A stretch of 64,000 nucleotides of DNA from Podarcis pityusensis (taxonomy: Eukaryota): the NCBI GenBank assembly GCA_964106645.2, contig OZ067046.1; one strand, written 5' to 3'. The translations under genes were made by a program, and so were the position numbers. The notes below the pieces were generated by a model. It was not told where the DNA came from and made no database searches. It was given only the letters and a program-made list of their open reading frames with translations. Positions within the stretch are counted from its first letter, which is position 1, and each line of letters starts with the position of its first letter. Positions 38,473 through 50,883 of the stretch are shown piece after piece.

Positions 38473-40098
38473 AATGAAAGTCCCAAATCTTGTAACCAAA
38501 GGCTACTAGTGGGGAAGCATTCAACATTTATATAGATAAAACTAGAAATATTAAAAAATAAATAAAACTTTGGAATACCCAAACCAGAAATCCTTTAGAC
38601 TTACTGCTAACAGATTTGGGGTGACTGCAATCCCAGCTTGAGGTTTTGGGAGGCCCTTGGGCAAGGTGCTTTTGTTGGACACAGTCTTCACAACCAAGTG
38701 AGACGGGTCGTAAAAGCGAAGAGGAGGATGCTGTTTCATCTCCTCACTCTTGACTCTGCTTACATCCTCAGAGAGGAAAGTTGAACAGGAGCTTCAACAG
38801 TGTGGTGTTAGTTGCATATGCACCAGAGCCAGTAGGTGGCCCCATGCAGGGTTAGAGGTTGCAAGCAGCAAAACAAAGTTAGTTATGTTGTCCCTCTTCC
38901 AACATGGTGTCCTGCAAGGGCGCTCAATGGGGCCCACAACTCATGCCAGACGTAGTTAACTCAGACACAGTTTTGGAGAGCCAGGTGACCAATTTCACAC
39001 TTCATTATTCATAAGTGGAACTTGCAACCAAAGGTTGGTCTATCTCCACCTTCTACTCAAGTTCCTGTCTGCCAGCTATGCCTCCCCCCAACATACTATA
39101 ACATGTAACTTGTAAAGTAGGACATTCCACTAATTTCCCTCTGAGTGGTGCATTTTTCTTTTTCACGGACACTCAACATTCCAACACTACTGAGCATGCT
39201 CAGACCATTGGAGAAGGATTACCATCTTACGATTTTCAAAGAGAGGGGGTTGTATCTCAAACTTCGCCTTTCGCCTGAGAATGCCGATAACTTCCTCCCG
39301 TTTCTCAGCCTCTTTTTTGGCTTAGTTTCAGTTGACATTCACCACCTAAGTTTAATATTAGAGGGAGTGACTACTGTGGTCGTGATCCAAAAAACTGTCC
39401 CAACTAGTTCAGTGTGCCAAGATATCTATAGGCTTGCATTTCTTCAATGCAGCTCACTGTGCTTTACTTTTAAACATGGGAATCAAGAGGGTTCAAAATA
39501 GTTTGTCGTATGACACAGTGGTCTGAACTTCAAAGAAAATATCAAATGTACTATTGGGTGACTGCAAACACTTTGATACACCCAAAGTGGATCCCAGGTT
39601 ATAGCCCTTAGATTAGCGCCTCCCATCGTGAGGTTTGGGTCTGGGCCCTGCCATTAGGCAGAGTGGGGTGGTTACCTCAGGCAGCTAATCTTGGATGAAT
39701 TGAAAGGGCAGCAAATAGCTATTTAATTCATTATTTTTGTGCTATGGAGAAGGAACAGCACTTGTAAGGTTTTCTGCCTGGTTCCAAAATAACTTCACAA
39801 GCCTTGGGTACTATGCACTTTTACTTGGGGGTGGGAGGTTGCCATTTGGTGCTCTGTCTCAGCAAAATGTATCCAGCCAGTCCTAGTGAAGAAAACCTCC
39901 AGGTTTTCTTACTTTACCTCTTGTTTGATTCCAATAATTAGGCAATTGCCCCAAATAAGCCTGAAATAGTAAAACACATGAGATTTGGAAAGACCCATTT
40001 CTATAGTAATGAGATCTGCCTCAATAACTAGTGACCAGTGTGCTAATAGTATAATTAAATGTTTCTGAGAACTGCATTGGCCTTTTTTTCTGCTCCAG

Positions 40099-40240
40099 CA
40101 CTACTGGGCTTGTGCCTTGCTCAGCAACACCTACTACTTTTGGAGATCTGAGAGCAGCCAATGGTCAAGGACAGCAACGGCGCCGAATTACATCCATCCA
40201 GCCGCCAACAGGACTTCAAGAATGGCTGAAAATGTTTCAG
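40099..40240 (+). CDS. FBXW7: FBXW7 shared exon (142 nt; STTGLVPCSATPTTFGDLRAANGQGQQRRRITSIQPPTGLQEWLKMFQ)
   Basis: Acceptor ttttttctgctccAG, donor CAG|GTGAAA. Its phase complements the previous exon. Encodes the start of the dimerisation domain. Confidence 0.97.
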
Positions 40241-42154
40241 GTGAAAAACATTTTGAGTTTGACTTATTTTGAAGAGCTTGTTGTGAACTGAGAAAGAATT
40301 CTGCTAGAATAACTGTAGCCGGTTACAGTACCGAATCACTACACTTCCTGAGTCTTTTTAATAACAAACAGTACTTTTCTAATGCAACATGTTTTATAGC
40401 TTGCTGTTTTAAAGAACAAATACTTTTTAAACATGAGGTGTGTAAAGGTAGGCTTTTTTGGGATTTATTGTAATTTTAAAAAATGAAAAGCAAAATATTG
40501 AGTAGGCTGTTTTATGTTTTAGTGCTCTTAATTATGGATGAGAATGGAATTTTCCCATTGTTTTTTCATCTCTTTAAAAGATAGTAAAGTTTTTAATGAG
40601 AAACAGAAAAGAGCCCTCCATACTATAATTCTAAAATGCGTACTGAGTTAAAAACTGTAAAATAAAATGGTATTCACTGGTACAAATTAATGCTATGTAA
40701 CTGTAGTAACTTAAGCCGCTGTCTACAGCTTTCCAGTTCTGCACCACAGTATAAACAAACTTAATATATATCTGCAAAGCTAAATTAAATAACCAGAAAT
40801 ATAGCATGTTTATAGAGATCTATAAACTGAAAACTACTTCTGAAACATTATAAAAAAGAGAAATGAGCCAGCACTAGAAATTACTGCCATTATGATCAGC
40901 AATCAATTTCTTAGATTTAATGTGAATACTATATCTCCAGCAGTAAACTTTCTAGCAATCTTTTGGGTAAAATGTGTTGTTTAATAAAGCCCTTCATAGT
41001 CAATATTGTTTAGTTAGCAAATTATTGTCAGGATGCATCAAATCAGTGCTTGCTACTGAAAAACAAACATTTGAAAGCCATTTGTTTTTCCCAATTATAC
41101 ATTTATGTAATCAAATAAACTTTATCCTTTATTTGAAGGAGTGACATGATAGGTTGAGCAAACAAATATTCAGCACAATGGCTTGTATCCAACACTGTGT
41201 GAGCCTGGCTATAACTATCTGCTTGCCTGAGAGTGCATTTCCATCCTCTCTTTCCACTACAGCCTCTTCTGAGGGCCAGGAGACATCCAGGAAAGACCTG
41301 GAACGTGGCACTGGGACCTGAACTGGGAGGGGCAATTGACCAAAATTGAGCCGATGTCCCTTGTGTTTGCAGCCTGCCACTTCCTCAGGTTGCTTCTGCC
41401 CGATCTTAGGGCTCTTTCTCCCTCCCACCCCAGCTCCCATGCCATATGCAACTTGAAAGTTCTCCAGCCCATAACATAGATCTTTCAGTGGAAAGGAAGA
41501 ATAGGGTTTCACTGAGGAAGAAGAATGGAAAATACGGTCTTGTGTTAATGAAATCATGCTCACACAGCAGGGGCTGCAACCCAGTGCCAAGATACGGGTT
41601 TTACAAATAGACGTGGGCCAGATTCAAAGACCCATGAGCAGTAAGACAACATGTGCAAGAGTTCGTGGGATGGCACTAATGCAGAGGAAGTGGAATACTT
41701 CACACAGTGCAGGGTCAGAGTATATCAGGGCTTATGTTTACAGTGTGAATAATGAAATTACAGGCTACCTAGTAAGGTTAGTGGGCCATTAAGATTGGTC
41801 TTGGGGATGAGTTTGTTCAAAGTCCCGCACAAGAATTTGCACACTTCCTGAACTGGGACAACTTCCTCAAGCAGGACTCTACAATGAAGCTGGAAACAGC
41901 TCTTCTAAGAGCAGAAGAAGCTTCATGCTAGTGGATCCAACTCTACATTGTAGGAATGCATCTTCTAGACTAGGGTATTGAACATTTCAAGATTCATTAG
42001 ATTCATGTTCTTTTTTAAACCTTTGAACCCAGCCTTTCATCTTAAGTTCAGAGAAATGTTTTATCCTCGCAATTGTTTTAAGCAGGCTGATTTGAATTTC
42101 AGTTAACTTCAATTAAGCTGATCTACCTTTCCATTGGATTCAGCTGTTTTAGGG

Positions 42155-42275
42155 ATAGAATTATAGTATTGTAGAGTTGGAAGCGACCATGAGGGTCATC
42201 TAGTCTAACCCCCTACAATGCAGGACTCTTCCGAACATAGGGCTCAAACCCACAACCCTGAGATTAAGAGTCTCA
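42155..42275 (-). mobile_element. SINE with tRNA-Lys(CTT) head (5'-truncated) and CR1 tail
   Basis: The minus strand reads TGAGACTCTTAATCTCAGGGTTGTGGGTTTGAGCCCTATGTTCGG, then …CCTGCATTGTAGGGGGTTAGACTAGATGACC…TTCCAACTCTAC…. Confidence 0.82.
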
Positions 42276-44601
42276 TTATTCAGATGTAGATTTCTTATTA
42301 AGACAAATTTGATGTTAAATTGGTTGTGGTTGGAAGTGGAGTGAAAGTATAAATCCCAACTTCTGATTCAATACCATTAATTAAGTTACATTTTCTAAAG
42401 CTCAGAGACCAGATTCAGTAAACAAGTCCTGCTAGTGGAAGCCTGCACAAGGACGTCCTCTAGCAAAATGGGGCTTTCCCCATTCCCCTCTCCTCCCCGC
42501 CACACACTCCCACCCCTATCCAGATCGGCTGTGTAGGGAAGGGTCCAGAGAACTTCCAGAACAGCACACTTGGCAGGAGCGTGCAAGCTGAAATGCTTTT
42601 GCTGAAGGAACAGTCATCATAGCTACATTGAATTTGTCTCCCTACTTCTGTAGGTGGCAGAGCCCACTACTTATCATTTCTAACAATAGATCAATGCAGT
42701 TCAGTTTTACGATCAGCTTTAACATTGGGGCGAGTGAGTTCGAAGTGTACCAGTTCTAGCCATAGCTGTCAACGTTTCCCTTTTTTAAAGGGAAATTCCC
42801 TTATTCCGAATAGGATTCCTTGCAAGAAAAGGGAAAAGTTGACAGCTATGGTTCTAGCGATGCCAGGAGGATGGGTTGCACCTTCAGTAAGACCTGGCTT
42901 GATTATTGAAGGGATTGTTGGAATGAATGCCCATAGTCTGATTTCTGGGGGGGGGAAATCCCATTGATCTATTCTACAAGATCTATTCATTAAACGTGCA
43001 ATATAAAATATTACTACCAGTTAATACGTAGCATGAACCTTTGGAAAGCAATGACTGTGATCATAAGCATGGTTAGACTATTAAGGTTATCTTGGGTCTA
43101 GCATGTGGATAGAATAAGCAGCAGTAAATGTTGCTTGATATCCGCACAAACCCTGAGAAGGCACAGATACAGACAGTGAACTCTGACATAAACATTAAAG
43201 AACAAAAAAAAATATTGAATATTGTTAGGACTTTGTGTCTTCCATGATTCGGCAGGTGTGCAGAAAGAGTGGGAAATCTGGCATTTGGAAATTCAGGTTG
43301 CTGAGTTTTTGGTGTTTCAGAAGGTCAATATTTGCTTGAAACATTGTGGGTAATGTGTGATGAAATCTCAGGTGCTAAATAAATAGCTGAGTGTAAATTC
43401 TAGTGGTTGAGGACAGATCATTACTGCCAAGTGTGGCTTCCTGCCACTCCCCATGACTAATAAAATGGAGGGAAAATTTGGCACAAGTGGGATGGGAGAA
43501 AAATGGGGCAGAGTTTCATAACTGGTCCTGTATTTTAATTTGTTTAGTGTATTTGAGTCACAGAATTCCATTTCCTTTTTGCATATTTATCACTTCCTGT
43601 GTTCTGAGTTTGAATTATTCTTGAGTTCAATATGCACATCTCTGGATGTGATGCAGTTCCTCTTCTCCCACTTAAGGATCCATTTGTTGTGGATCTTATG
43701 TAGGAAGCTTCAGTGTTCTGTTCATACACTCTTTCCCCTAGTGTTCCGGTGGTTTCACGAAACACTGCTTCTTCCTAAGAATGCATATAAAATATGCACT
43801 TTATTTCTTCAAAATGCTCTTCTTAATTATATCCCTGAAGAGACAATTTAAAATTGCAATAGCACAGATTAAATTTTAGAATGCTTTCGCACAACTTCTG
43901 ATTAAACTCTGAACAGTACAGATAATATTGGTAGAATTGAACTTGGTAAAGTATGCCAATGTGCTTTTTAATTCTTAGCCTGGATTTGCACATTAGCCCT
44001 TTAAAAATGTTTTGAAATAAATTGGGATAGAGTTTGATGGACTTAAGGTCATATCCTATATGCCTTCCAAATATGCTTCGCGGGTTGGGAAAAACCATCA
44101 AGCAGATTTGAGAGCATCTGGAGGTTAGAACAGGAAGGAGTTGTTCTGTACACACAGTAAGTGGACCACAGTCAGTGGAAGGTCAGGGAAAAGAAAAAAG
44201 CTTTAGCCTTAACAGTACAAGCACTTCTTACCAATGGTAAACTGTATGCTTCGATTGTATTTTACATCAATTTTATTAAAGTTAGTTTTAGCATCTATCA
44301 ATTCGAGCCTCATAATTCTCCCTATTTAATGTTTCAGTATCAGTTTTATTTGCAAGGCAGATCTTCATCCCAGTCAGTTCACATTTTATGTACCTTATGC
44401 TTCTAACTACAAATGAAGTCTTACTCATTTTTTAAAATACCAAGGCAGCCAATCTTTATTGTGCCAAGCATGTTTGTATCTTATACATGGTTAAGTACAG
44501 AGATTAAAGATTTGGAAGCACACACCTCACCACTTTATAATTTCCCCCATCCTAAATTATTTTTTATGTTTGCTTTTACAAATCAGTCATTGCCTCCCAG
44601 G

Positions 44602-44680
44602 AAAGATCCCTGCATTGCAGGGGGTTGGACTAGATGACCCTTAGGGTCCCTTCCAACTCTATGTTTCTATGATTCTATGA
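44602..44680 (+). mobile_element. 5'-truncated CR1-tail element (SINE or CR1 end)
   Basis: aaagatccctgcattgcagggggttggactagatgacccttagggtcccttccaactctatgtttctatgattctatga, ending in the CR1 ATTCTATG-type octamer repeats. Confidence 0.85.
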
Positions 44681-46322
44681 AATACAAGTACTGTAAATCC
44701 CCAAATTCTCGAAGTAGTTGTATAAGGAGTTTGACTCCGTCCCATGAGTCCCTATTCAACATAATGACTTATCACAATGAATCATAAAAGTCTCTGAAGG
44801 TCTCCTGAAAGTTTATCCTAATGGTTGATTGCCTGGTTTTTGCAGTATACAAAATTATTGTTCTTTAGGATACTCTTCCATACATCAGAATGGAGGGGAA
44901 ATAAAAGTAGTGAGGAGTTAGATGCTTCAGAGTACTTAGAAAGAAATAATACTTGGTGTGACCATGAACTATGAAATACTTCGCTTCAGAATGACGCTTC
45001 TCTGTGCATCAAAACAATATTATCAGTGGTACACATGCATGTTTTGTGAGTGGTGCAGTATTAAAAGAAATTCAGGCCTTGAATGGGTGTTGAATATTAG
45101 AACTATATGCAAGGATGGGGTTGGTTAAAAGTGCTTCTCAGTTAAATACCAATATTAACCTTTTTTCCCCACCAGCTATACAATTGCACTTTCCCTTACT
45201 TCAAACAGTATTATTGGTTTTAAAGGCTATACACTTAGTGACAACTGTGTCTGATGTAGCCTGAGCAATTTTGGAGATATGATGTCACTCAGAGGAGCAC
45301 ATAGATGCTACATCACTGCATACAAATATGTTGTTTTTCACTTGAACTAAAGTAATATTTATCCTAAGATTGCTTACCACAACAGAAATCACTGTATTTG
45401 GCATGAAACACATTTTCTCTTTAGCTTTTTAAACTGATTATCAGTTTATTCCTTAAAATGAAAGACAATGTGAGCGATGTCCCAGGAGTAAATCTTTCTA
45501 ACTGATAATATGAAACTATATTATACTTATTCCTTTTAGTTAGTTTAGAAAGCTGAATAAATGGACATTGCTGTCTAAAAGTCCGAGGTTATGCGGATAT
45601 AATTTTTCTCCATAGTTTTTTTTCTGTTTAGCATTATATTGTGGAAAAGATAGGATTGTACCCTTAGGATAATTGTTATACTTTCAGATTTTGCCTCAGT
45701 TTCTGTAGTATTAAAGAGATATTATTAACAGCTATTATAGATTGTTTCTAGATTCAGATCCACCCCCCCTCAGTTTTGACATGTTGGTTCTGTGAATTTA
45801 ACCTTTCTTTGAAAAGTAATATGAAGCAGGTAAAGGTAAATTCACAGGTTATTTCATGTAATGCCATTTCAGTTTTTGTGCTTCTGTTTAATTCTGATTT
45901 GTTTGTGTCCATTTCCAACATATTTATCCGATCCCTCATTAATTACAATCATAATCAGTGTGACATAAAAATGACAATGTATAGCAAATTATGACAACTA
46001 TTGGGTCAGGAATATATACATTTCATCATAAAACAGATGTAGAAATTTCATTTATACCATTCTTGCACATTCTGCTTGGTAGTTTGAAAGCTATGTTAAT
46101 TCTTCAGGGACTATTTTGTCTTGTGTGCCAGTTTTGATTGTATAAATGCATTAATATGAAGTAATATAGTGGCTCAGCCAGTGAGGCAGAGCTGCAGTAA
46201 CAGCCTCCTGGCGCTGGTGTCACTGCTACTTACTAGGAGAGAAAGGCAATGGCGATATCACTTTTGTGTGGATGCACCGGTGGAACCAATCTTGGTCTTT
46301 GAAAGGCATTCCTATGAAAGTA

Positions 46323-46548
46323 CAGTGGTACCTCGGGTTACATACGCTTCAGGTTACAGACTCCGCTAACCCAGAAATAGTACCTCGGGTTAAGAACTTT
46401 GCTTCAGGATGAGAACAGAAATCATGCAGCGGCGGCGCAGCGGCAGCAGGAGGCCCCATTAGCTAAAGTGGTGCTTCAGGTTAAGAACAGTTTCAGGTTA
46501 AGAACGGAGCTCTGGAATGAATTAAGTACTTAACCCAAGGTACCACTG
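46323..46548 (+). mobile_element. MITE family A copy 4
   Basis: TIRs CAGTGGTACCTCGGGTTA…TAACCCAAGGTACCACTG, TA TSD. Confidence 0.92.
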
Positions 46549-47630
46549 TACAGTAGAAGTTTGCTAATCTAGACAGTGGTTTAGGTTTATAGCCATAATT
46601 CAAAGAATAATTAGAAACTGGAATTATATGTAGTACGTGGAAATTAATGTTTAGGATAATGCTGTATTAACATATCTTAATGTGCGTGGAGTTTTATTTA
46701 CTGGTTTTCAAGATAAGGTATTTTATTTTAATGGTATAAGCAAGAGAATTACACAATTTATGGGCAATAGCCAAATCTAGTCATACTTAAAGGAACCTAT
46801 TGAAATAAATGAATTGAAATATCTTTAGCCTGTTTGGCTCTAATAAGATAATAATGCTAGACAGAATATGTATGCCTTTACATTTTGCTTTCCATACTGT
46901 CAAAAACACAGTCATTTGCTTCAAAACTCGTCGATGTTTTCTAACTTCTTTGAGTGATCCTGAAGTGTCTTCTAGAATAGGTTATCTCCTTTTATATTGT
47001 TTCTCCCAAAATGGTTTTCATAAATGGCATTTGTGTAGCAAATCAAAACTTTGAGCCCAGATGAGTTTGAGAGAAGACGTGCTATATCTTCAGTTATTAA
47101 TTCTTCTGCAAATGGTTTTGCTAATCTGCTGTGTTTGCAGATGAGTGCCTTATTAAAACCATCAAATTTTATGATGCCCGTTAGTAGGAATATGAAGTAA
47201 GAAAATTACCAGACAAAATTCCCTCTTTTCTTCCTAATGTAAAATTATGTTTACAAAACACTGGTTTCGAGCCAGAATTCAGGAAGATTGCACAGTGGCA
47301 GATGTACACATGGCTATAAAAACATTATTTTTTTTTTGCAATAAACAAAACCAAATGAACCTGAAATGAAGTTACTACTATTAAGTTTTGGGGGTTTTTT
47401 TTTTTTTAACCCTCTCCTTTTTAATTTAAAGTTTATTATTTTTCTAAGGAACATTTGTATGGTTGAACACCTGTTTCACATTGGAATACTCCCTTCACCA
47501 TTCTGGGTGGTATTGCAATAATTTTTCATCCCAGCATATTCCATAGCAATTTTCAAATATTACATTTTTGAAATGCATTAATATATGAAAACAATACAGT
47601 GGAAACTAAACGTATATTTGTACTTCACAG

Positions 47631-47765
47631 AGCTGGAGTGGACCAGAGAAGTTACTTGCCTTAGATGAATTGATTGATAGTTGTGAACCAACACAAGTGA
47701 AGCATATGATGCAAGTGATTGAGCCCCAATTTCAACGAGACTTCATTTCCTTGCTCCCCAAAGAG
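47631..47765 (+). CDS. FBXW7: FBXW7 shared exon (135 nt; SWSGPEKLLALDELIDSCEPTQVKHMMQVIEPQFQRDFISLLPKE; dimerisation domain and F-box start)
   Basis: Acceptor tacttcacAG, donor GAG|GTAAGG, phase 0-0. The peptide matches FBXW7. Confidence 0.97.
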
Positions 47766-50239
47766 GTAAGGATTATCACTTAATGCTGGGCTCCTGGTAC
47801 TGTTTGCCTATGTAATGCATCATCTGCCACCTTTAAGCATTTCCTTGCTAATTATAGTATTCATTGTTGTCAGTGTAACACTGTTAATTGGCGTTGAAGA
47901 GGACTGCAAGTTGATAAACTGCCATGACTTAATAATGTAATTTTCAGATTAATGTATGCTTGTGAGACCAGTGACTTTGTTTCAGTGACTAGGATATGTC
48001 CCCTGCTGTTTGTGACAGTTGTTTCTTATATGTAAGGGTTTTTTTTTCCAGAGCTTTCAAGAGCTGATTTATTATCCATTGACGGTTTCACTCTTAAGGT
48101 TTTTAAAAAACGTAATAGGTATTTAGCTTTTCATTTTATCTCTACTACATTTTATGAAGGGAATAAACACCCATATAACTTCTTCAATCAAATTATATTC
48201 AGTTTTATAGGATAAGTATGCATGTAGTCCAGAATTCATTTGTATCTAGGTCCCATTGAGGTTAATTTGATAATTTGTGAGCAGCGTGAGCAGCATTATA
48301 AATATATCTGTAGTTGGTAACTAGTGCATTCAGTCATGTCTGAAGATGGATACCGGAAGGTAGTTATCAACACCCCCTTCCCGTCCTGTATCTGGCATTT
48401 TTATGACTAGGGCTAGTTTACAGTACGAAGTATAAGAACACTGTTGTGTTAATAGGCGATTCCCATGCTTGGAAAACATCTTCCATATTATGAGACCGCC
48501 CCAAAATAATATTATTGTAAGTCGGCCTGGGACTAAAAATAAAATATTTACACTTCCTTATTCTCATCATCAGTCAAAACAAACAACAAAAAGACCAGGT
48601 GAACGCTTTTGCAACTCACAACCCAGGTCAGCAAATAAGATTAAGTCAACTGGAAGCAAGTTCTTAACTCAAGTGCTCTTCATTGAGAACACACAACCTA
48701 ATGATGGTTTAGTGATACTCCTTTCTCTGGGTTCTTTTAGCAACTACAAAAGGTGCAATAGCAAACACTAATTCTAGTTACTGGAATGGATGAAATTAGT
48801 GTTTCTAGTAGTTTTTCTTCACTTCTAGCTCTAGCTGTACTACTATATTATTATATTGGATTGGTGATTTCGAATTATACTTTTCTCTTGGTGTAAGCTG
48901 GCCAGAGCATCTTGGTGTTTGTAATCTATGGTACATGGGATGCTTACACTTAACAAATACTTTTACGGTAAAACAATTTTGTCTATAATTTGTTACTTGT
49001 TTTCTTGAATCAGTTGATTAAAAATAAATGATATTGGTTTTAATTAAAATCCTTTCTTATAGAAGGTATTACTCTTCTACTAAAAGTGGAACACACTGAA
49101 TTTGTTTCTACATTAATAATGCTGTTCATCACAGGCAATAAGGAATGTACTCTTGAAATAATCAGTAGTCAAAATAGTTCATATAAGAAGGCTTTTTTCA
49201 GAGCATTATTCAGGAATTGCTTAGTAAAACTGAAAAGGAAAGGCTATCTTTTTTAAAAAAATGCAATTTTAAGATTTCATCCAAGGAATAACTGACACAA
49301 ACAGTGGTGCCTGTTTTCTTTCCTAAGTTGATTGTTGAAATAACCTCTTAAAAGATCTATGGGTTATTGCCATGAAGAATAATAGCTGTAAGATTTTCAC
49401 ATACAAATATGCTAAGTTAATAAGTCAACTGTGCATATATGCTATCGCATTACTGATTGCCAATAATGCTCCAAGGACATCGGAACATCAGCAAGGCTTT
49501 AGGCAGCTACTGCCAAACCTTTAGCTAGTTCTTGCATTGCTCTTGATTAAAAAACAAGATTGATAATAGGAAATTTCAGCAGCATTCTGCATCACACTGA
49601 GAACTAATTTAGTCCCCACACCACGTCTCTTGGCATGGCTTAATGATTACTGTTTTTAAGAGTATGTTATTTATACTCCAGGGCAGATAGTTTTTAAAAA
49701 ATGTGTGTAATAAGTTTTGCCCAATCCAACCCTTCACCCTTTGAGGTTTGTTGTTGTTTGGTTGCCTGGCACCCTACCTACGCTAGCAATACATCAGCTA
49801 TATCATATTTAACTCACTGGAACTTTCTAAACAAACATAGCCATGACCTGGGTTCCTGCGTATTTTGCAAATGACAAAGGTTTACTAAATTCAGCATTGG
49901 GATTCATGATTCTATTCTTCCTACAGCCTACATGGCTGTGACACTTTAAAAAAAAGTTTCCCACTTGTCACCAGGAGTTGAAAGAGATGGTGGCAACAAA
50001 CCTGGTATGGTAAATATATGGTTTCCTTGGGGCTTGTTTGGTTAGTCGGAGCTGCAGCAGTAGCCTCCCAGCAAGGGTCATCACTTACTGTGAAAGGGAA
50101 GTTGGGATTGCCAGAAACCAGGTTTGGTTCTGCTGGTGGATGTGCACAGCCCTGACATCACCACCACTTCACCCTTCCCTTTTCCAGGAAGCAGCAGCAG
50201 CAGCAGCACCACCAAGAGGTTATTGCTGTGGCCCCGACC

Positions 50240-50439
50240 NNNNNNNNNNNNNNNNNNNNNNNNNNNNNNNNNNNNNNNNNNNNNNNNNNNNNNNNNNNNN
50301 NNNNNNNNNNNNNNNNNNNNNNNNNNNNNNNNNNNNNNNNNNNNNNNNNNNNNNNNNNNNNNNNNNNNNNNNNNNNNNNNNNNNNNNNNNNNNNNNNNNN
50401 NNNNNNNNNNNNNNNNNNNNNNNNNNNNNNNNNNNNNNN
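50240..50439. other. Assembly gap (200 N)
   Basis: Run of N inside the intron between the 135-nt and 124-nt exons. No expected coding exon is missing across it. Confidence 0.99.
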
Positions 50440-50754
50440 TATATGACTGGAAAGGAGTTGAGAAGAATCACTAAGAGTTCTTTCCCGGCATGACTGGCAT
50501 CCCCTCATGCTTATTAAATCCACCGCATTTTGCGTAGCTTTTTGTGGCAGAATTCCCCCCCCCCCCCCGGTTTTGTTTGATGGTTTCCATTTTTTAAGTA
50601 CAATGTAATACAGTATATGTGAATATTTAGGACCCACCTTATTCCTGTAATATAAACTGTTTTAAACAATTTTTAATGGGTAATAAACTGTAATAGTAAT
50701 ATTGTATATTTCCTTAAAATCCTCATAATCTCATAGAAGCACAACAGTGGTTTT

Positions 50755-50883
50755 CATAGAATCATAATTGGAAGGATCATCTAGTCTAGCCTCCTGCAAT
50801 GCAGGAATATGCAGCTGTCCCTTACGGGGATTGAACCTGCAACTTGGGCGTTGTCAGCACCACGCTCTAACTAACTGAGCTAT
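50755..50883 (-). mobile_element. SINE with tRNA-Ile-derived head and CR1 tail
   Basis: The minus strand reads TAGCTCAGTTAGTTAGAGCGTGGTGCTGACAACGCCCAAGTTGCAGGTTCAATCCCCGTAAGGG (tRNA-Ile-like), then ATTCCTGCATTGCAGGAGGCTAGACTAGATGATCC…ATGATTCTATG. Confidence 0.82.

Noticed and set aside
38139-38582. 147-aa and overlapping GC-rich ORFs
   Set aside because: They lie in a TSD-flanked non-autonomous hAT element. Stop depletion follows from GC content and there are no transposase motifs.
39145-39501. 118-aa ORF in the intron between the 83-nt and 142-nt exons
   Set aside because: GTG start, no recognisable homology and no convincing splice sites.
50038-50637. Long ORFs of 72-159 aa spanning 50240-50439
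   Set aside because: They are artefacts of the N run, which contains no stop codons.
50815-50883. Possible functional tRNA-Ile gene (and tRNA-Lys genes at about 28085-28139 and 42230-42275)
   Set aside because: Stems are mismatched or truncated and each is fused to a CR1 tail, so they are SINE heads.
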